The notes beneath the pieces were generated by a model. It had not been told where the DNA came from. It did not search any database and saw only the letters and a program-made list of their open reading frames with translations. Made by a program: the position numbers and the translations under genes. Of a DNA stretch of 32,000 nt, positions 28,735 through 32,000 are shown one piece after another (positions within the stretch are counted from its first letter, which is position 1; each line of letters starts with the position of its first letter). Source of the stretch: Thermoproteota archaeon (GTDB taxonomy: Archaea > Thermoproteota > Thermoprotei > Gearchaeales > Gearchaeaceae); contig JAVVGB010000003.1 in the NCBI GenBank assembly GCA_032249315.1, forward strand, positions 19,099-51,098. Direction: 5' to 3'.

Positions 28735-29796
28735 ATGAAAGAAAAAAATTATTTTAAGAAACCTGTTTTAGGCGTAAGTAAAAATTATGCCGAAGAAATA
28801 AGAAATTTTTTAAATAAATTGGATTTAATTGATAAACTTTATCATGTTTCAAGAAAAAATAATTATGTCTTTTTCCCTTTAAAAAAACCCTTATCAGAGA
28901 AAGAAATAAGTGATATCCGCAATATTACTAATGAGTTCATTTTAACCGAACAAGAAATGCTTGCCAGAGGAAAAATTTTTAAGATAAAAGAAGTTGTTAA
29001 CAAAATTAAAGAAAAAAAATTAATAAGTAAAGTTCCTTTCCGTTATTTGTCTCTCAATGGAATTGTTATAGCTGAAATTGAAGAGGAATTTGAAAAAGAT
29101 GCGATAGAATACTTTTTGTTGATTAAAAAAAATATTGAAGCTATCTATAAAATAGATAATCTTAATTTTATCTATAAAGGAGTAAAACCTCAATTAATTT
29201 TTGGGCAAGAGATTTCTGAGTATAAATTTAAGGAGAAAGATATAATCATGCAATTTAATTTTACACAATTTATTCCTGACCCTAGATTAATGTTATTTAT
29301 AAGAAAAATTTCAAATGAAATCACATTTGGCGAATTAATAGCCGAAATCGGTGCTACAACAGGTTATACTTCAATATTAATCGCAAAAAAATTTCAAAAT
29401 ACAGTTTATGCTTTTGAAGAAAATTTGTCCCTGTATTTTTATCTTTTGCAGAATATCAAGCTGAATAATGTAGAAAAATTTGTCTTCCCAGTTTATTTAA
29501 ATACTCTTAATTTTGAAATAAAATATTTAAACGGAAGATTTGACAGAATTATAATTTCCAAACCGCATAATTACTTAGAAATGCTTAACCTTGCATTACA
29601 ATTAATAAAAAATAAAGGAAAACTTTGTCTATTCGCAATATCAAAGGAAGAAGATTATCTTGATGTGAAAATAAATCTTGAAGAAAAATTACAACAGAAA
29701 GGTTGCTTTATACAACAAATCACTTTCAAAAAGGTTTTAAATTTATTTATTAACGAATATCTAGTTTATTCTGAACTAACTATTTTAAAGGAATGA
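28735..29796 (+). CDS. Class I SAM-dependent methyltransferase of the Trm5/Taw2 (Met-10+) family; putative tRNA modification enzyme, specificity unknown
   Basis: 353 aa. The N-terminal module (KNYAEEIRNFLNKLDLIDKLYHVSRKNNYVFFPLK) and the Rossmann part (LIAEIGATTGYTSILIAKK...VYAFEEN...FDRIIISKPHNYLEMLNLALQLIKNKGKL) align by eye with the archaeal Trm5/Taw2 layout. The glycine loop is divergent. Confidence 0.5.
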   Translation: MKEKNYFKKPVLGVSKNYAEEIRNFLNKLDLIDKLYHVSRKNNYVFFPLKKPLSEKEISDIRNITNEFILTEQEMLARGKIFKIKEVVNKIKEKKLISKVPFRYLSLNGIVIAEIEEEFEKDAIEYFLLIKKNIEAIYKIDNLNFIYKGVKPQLIFGQEISEYKFKEKDIIMQFNFTQFIPDPRLMLFIRKISNEITFGELIAEIGATTGYTSILIAKKFQNTVYAFEENLSLYFYLLQNIKLNNVEKFVFPVYLNTLNFEIKYLNGRFDRIIISKPHNYLEMLNLALQLIKNKGKLCLFAISKEEDYLDVKINLEEKLQQKGCFIQQITFKKVLNLFINEYLVYSELTILKE

Positions 29797-30385
29797 AAAT
29801 TTCATCAGTGGTCGCCGTATCTATTATTAACATATCTACCCCATCACCTGATAAAACGTCTCTTCCACAAGCTAATTTTATTGCTTTATATGCCAAATTC
29901 TTAGCTTCTTCATAAGTCATTTTTTCATCATATTCACCTTCTATTACACTTAAAGCTAGTTCTGAACCGCTGCCCAATGCTGTATATTTATCTTCAATTA
30001 AAGAACCAATAGGATCTAAGCTAAATAAATGCTTACCTTCTTTATCTATTCCGCCTATTATAGTTGATGTAAGAAAAGGAAAATATTTTCTGCTATATAA
30101 TATATTAGATAACAATTTAGCAGAAGTTCTAACCGAAGCTTGCCTTTTATTCTCAAGTTCATATAACTTTATATCCGCAGCTAAAATTTTAGCGATTGCT
30201 TGCATATCAGCTAAGATACCTGCACTCGCAATTCCTATTTTATCTAGAACTCTAAAAACTTTTTTACCAGTTTTACTTAAAAGATAATTTCCTATCGCTA
30301 CTCTTTTTTCTCCTGCCAGAATAACACCAGTTGAATATATAATTCCTACAACAGTCGCTCCCGTAAATTCAAATTCGTATGGCAT
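29780..30385 (-). CDS. psmB: Proteasome beta subunit, possibly a non-catalytic beta1-type paralogue
   Basis: 201 aa with GATVVGI...AGEKR...TGKKVF...GSGS...RDVLSGDG, which is the beta-subunit fold signature. Ala occupies the position aligned to Thr1. Confidence 0.85.
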   Translation of the reverse strand: MPYEFEFTGATVVGIIYSTGVILAGEKRVAIGNYLLSKTGKKVFRVLDKIGIASAGILADMQAIAKILAADIKLYELENKRQASVRTSAKLLSNILYSRKYFPFLTSTIIGGIDKEGKHLFSLDPIGSLIEDKYTALGSGSELALSVIEGEYDEKMTYEEAKNLAYKAIKLACGRDVLSGDGVDMLIIDTATTDEIFIPLK

Positions 30386-30414
30386 AGATTAAAAATATTT
30401 GAGAAAATATTAAT

Positions 30415-31473
30415 TTATATTCCTTTACCTTCAATAATTATACGGGCTGGCTCGTGCAATTTTCCTTCAACAGTATAATTGACTTCTAAAATTTCTTTTA
30501 AAATATGTAAAGTTGTAAAAGCATGTAAAGTAAATTTATGTGTTTTGACAACAGTTTTCCCCTTGGCAATAGAAGCCCATATTAATATTTGATCTCCAGC
30601 AAACATATCCAAAGGAGCGTTAGTATTAAATATATTTTCCAACAATATTTGAGTAGGTTCTCGAGAAACTTTTTCCGCAGGTATTCCTTTTAAACCTATA
30701 CTGTCATATCCTATTATTGCATCAGTTATACTCTTGCTCATAATAAAAAAGAAGTTACCAATATTTCCTTTACTTTCTTCTAATCTTAATGATTTTTGAT
30801 TTACTTTAATTATTTTACTCGAAATATTATGAGAAGTTAAAATTCTTAAACACTCATTTATTTCTCTCATGACAACGTGTTCAGGCAAACCTTCTGAGTA
30901 AGCTTCACAATATACTTCTTTTATTTCACCAAATTTTTCATAGGTTAATGCGTTTAATTTTGAAGGTTCTAAATTTACTTCTAAGATCCCACCTCCCTTA
31001 GGATAAAAACCATGTTTTATTAAATTAACATCAACATGAAGACCCATTTTAGATAAATAATGTAATAAAACATTTTTAAAATAAGAAAACGTAGGAGATT
31101 TAGGTACTTCAGTACCTCCTATAAGACGAATAAAAATTGGTCTTTCTGCAAAATTTAAAACAGGAAGAAGAGCTTGCAAGACCAGAGTAACTGAACCAGC
31201 GGTTCCGATATTAAATTCATAATTTTTTGCTAAAATATTTCCAGGAATAAATGTTATTTCCTTCGACTCTATTTTTAATCCCTCCACTTTAGCGTTACAT
31301 ATTTCTGCAATAGCCTTAACAGCAGTAAGATGTTGAGGCCTTAAACCTGGTTTATCCCTTTTAGCTCTTATGTTATATATATGTATTGGTTTTCCAGTTA
31401 TTGCAGATAATGCAATTGCTGTTCGTAATATTTGACCTCCTCCTTCACCGAAACTTCCATCTATTTTTATCAT
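30415..31473 (-). CDS. rtcA: RNA 3'-terminal phosphate cyclase
   Basis: 352 aa with N-terminus IDGSFGEGGGQILRTAIALSAITGKPIHIYNIRAKRDKPGLRPQHL, diagnostic of RtcA. Confidence 0.9.
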   Translation of the reverse strand: MIKIDGSFGEGGGQILRTAIALSAITGKPIHIYNIRAKRDKPGLRPQHLTAVKAIAEICNAKVEGLKIESKEITFIPGNILAKNYEFNIGTAGSVTLVLQALLPVLNFAERPIFIRLIGGTEVPKSPTFSYFKNVLLHYLSKMGLHVDVNLIKHGFYPKGGGILEVNLEPSKLNALTYEKFGEIKEVYCEAYSEGLPEHVVMREINECLRILTSHNISSKIIKVNQKSLRLEESKGNIGNFFFIMSKSITDAIIGYDSIGLKGIPAEKVSREPTQILLENIFNTNAPLDMFAGDQILIWASIAKGKTVVKTHKFTLHAFTTLHILKEILEVNYTVEGKLHEPARIIIEGKGI

Positions 31474-32000
31474 GCTCTGCTAAGTTGAAGTCGATCATTA
31501 ACATTTGCTTTAAAAAAATTCCTAGCATCGCCTTGGTTAACAGCCAACTCGACTAAGTTGAAACTATTTATTAAAATAAGAGGGGAGCCTACACTTACTT
31601 CAGAGTATGTTCGAACAAAAGGCAATTTGTATTCAATATCATTGATGTTAACCTTTAATTGACTAACTGATGTTAGATTAGCTTTTATAAGATCATTTTT
31701 CGATATGTTGGTTATTAAATTCCCAAAATCATCTACGTATATAATTTTTCCTGAAACTGACTCATTAGTTATTGATGGTTTTTCTATTTCCAATTCTGAC
31801 ATAAAATTTATAAGCGTACCAAAAACATCTGGCCTAAAACCTATGTCTAACATGGCTGCAACCTTAGCAAATATATCCCTTCCATGAAAAGTCATTGAAA
31901 TATTATTAAATATTTTTGAAATTTCAATTCTGTAAATAGAATGTATTCCTTCATTTTTAGCAACGTAATAGAATAAGCCATTATCTGGACCTACGTAAAT
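31470..32000 (-). CDS. SAM hydroxide adenosyltransferase family protein (DUF62, SAM hydrolase/halogenase-like), C-terminal part; the gene continues past the window end
   Basis: The frame stays open upstream of the listed Met to position 32000 (IYVGPDNGLFYYVAKNEG...). The VGPDNGL and FHGRDIFA motifs are typical of DUF62. Confidence 0.75.
   Translation of the reverse strand: MYVGPDNGLFYYVAKNEGIHSIYRIEISKIFNNISMTFHGRDIFAKVAAMLDIGFRPDVFGTLINFMSELEIEKPSITNESVSGKIIYVDDFGNLITNISKNDLIKANLTSVSQLKVNINDIEYKLPFVRTYSEVSVGSPLILINSFNLVELAVNQGDARNFFKANVNDRLQLSRA

Noticed and set aside
1-32000. Search for CRISPR arrays, transposases or IS ends, integrases, toxin-antitoxin pairs, or other defence and accessory systems
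   Set aside because: There are no repeat-spacer periodicity, no terminal inverted repeats and no unassigned ORFs of meaningful size. Every sizeable ORF is a recognisable housekeeping gene in conserved order.

Overview
The window is very AT-rich, tightly packed archaeal core-genome DNA, transcribed almost entirely from the minus strand. It holds the transcription/translation super-cluster in three blocks. Block one is rpoH-rpoB(unsplit)-rpoA'-rpoA''-L30e-NusA-S12-S7-EF-1alpha-S10. Block two is tRNA-Ser(UGA), a pyruvoyl AdoMetDC-family gene and a DUF171 SPOUT methyltransferase. Block three is the full L3-to-L15 ribosomal protein series with the Rpp29 gene, followed by SecY, a DUF106/YidC-like protein, L34e, Cmk, L14e, Cbf5 and the start of S13. 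The right end carries tRNA-Lys(UUU), a Trm5/Taw2-like methyltransferase, a proteasome beta subunit, RtcA and a partial DUF62 SAM hydroxide adenosyltransferase. I see no mobile element, CRISPR array, defence island or other accessory system, so this is mostly an ordinary core region. The points worth a second look are RNA-level. (1) cbf5 is split by a 14-nt insert that folds into a textbook bulge-helix-bulge splicing motif. (2) tRNA-Ser(UGA) carries a 12-nt non-canonical insert between the acceptor and D stems, plus a duplicated acceptor strand. (3) A roughly 400-nt unassigned spacer lies upstream of L3. (4) A Lys/Glu-rich mini-ORF sits one frame away from a TTG-started SPOUT gene across an A7 run. 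(5) The proteasome beta subunit has Ala where the Thr1 nucleophile is expected. Gene order, the unsplit rpoB, the long-form EF-1alpha segment and GC-rich tRNAs in an AT-rich genome point to a thermophilic, small-genome TACK/crenarchaeote-like archaeon. That placement is inference, not an identification.
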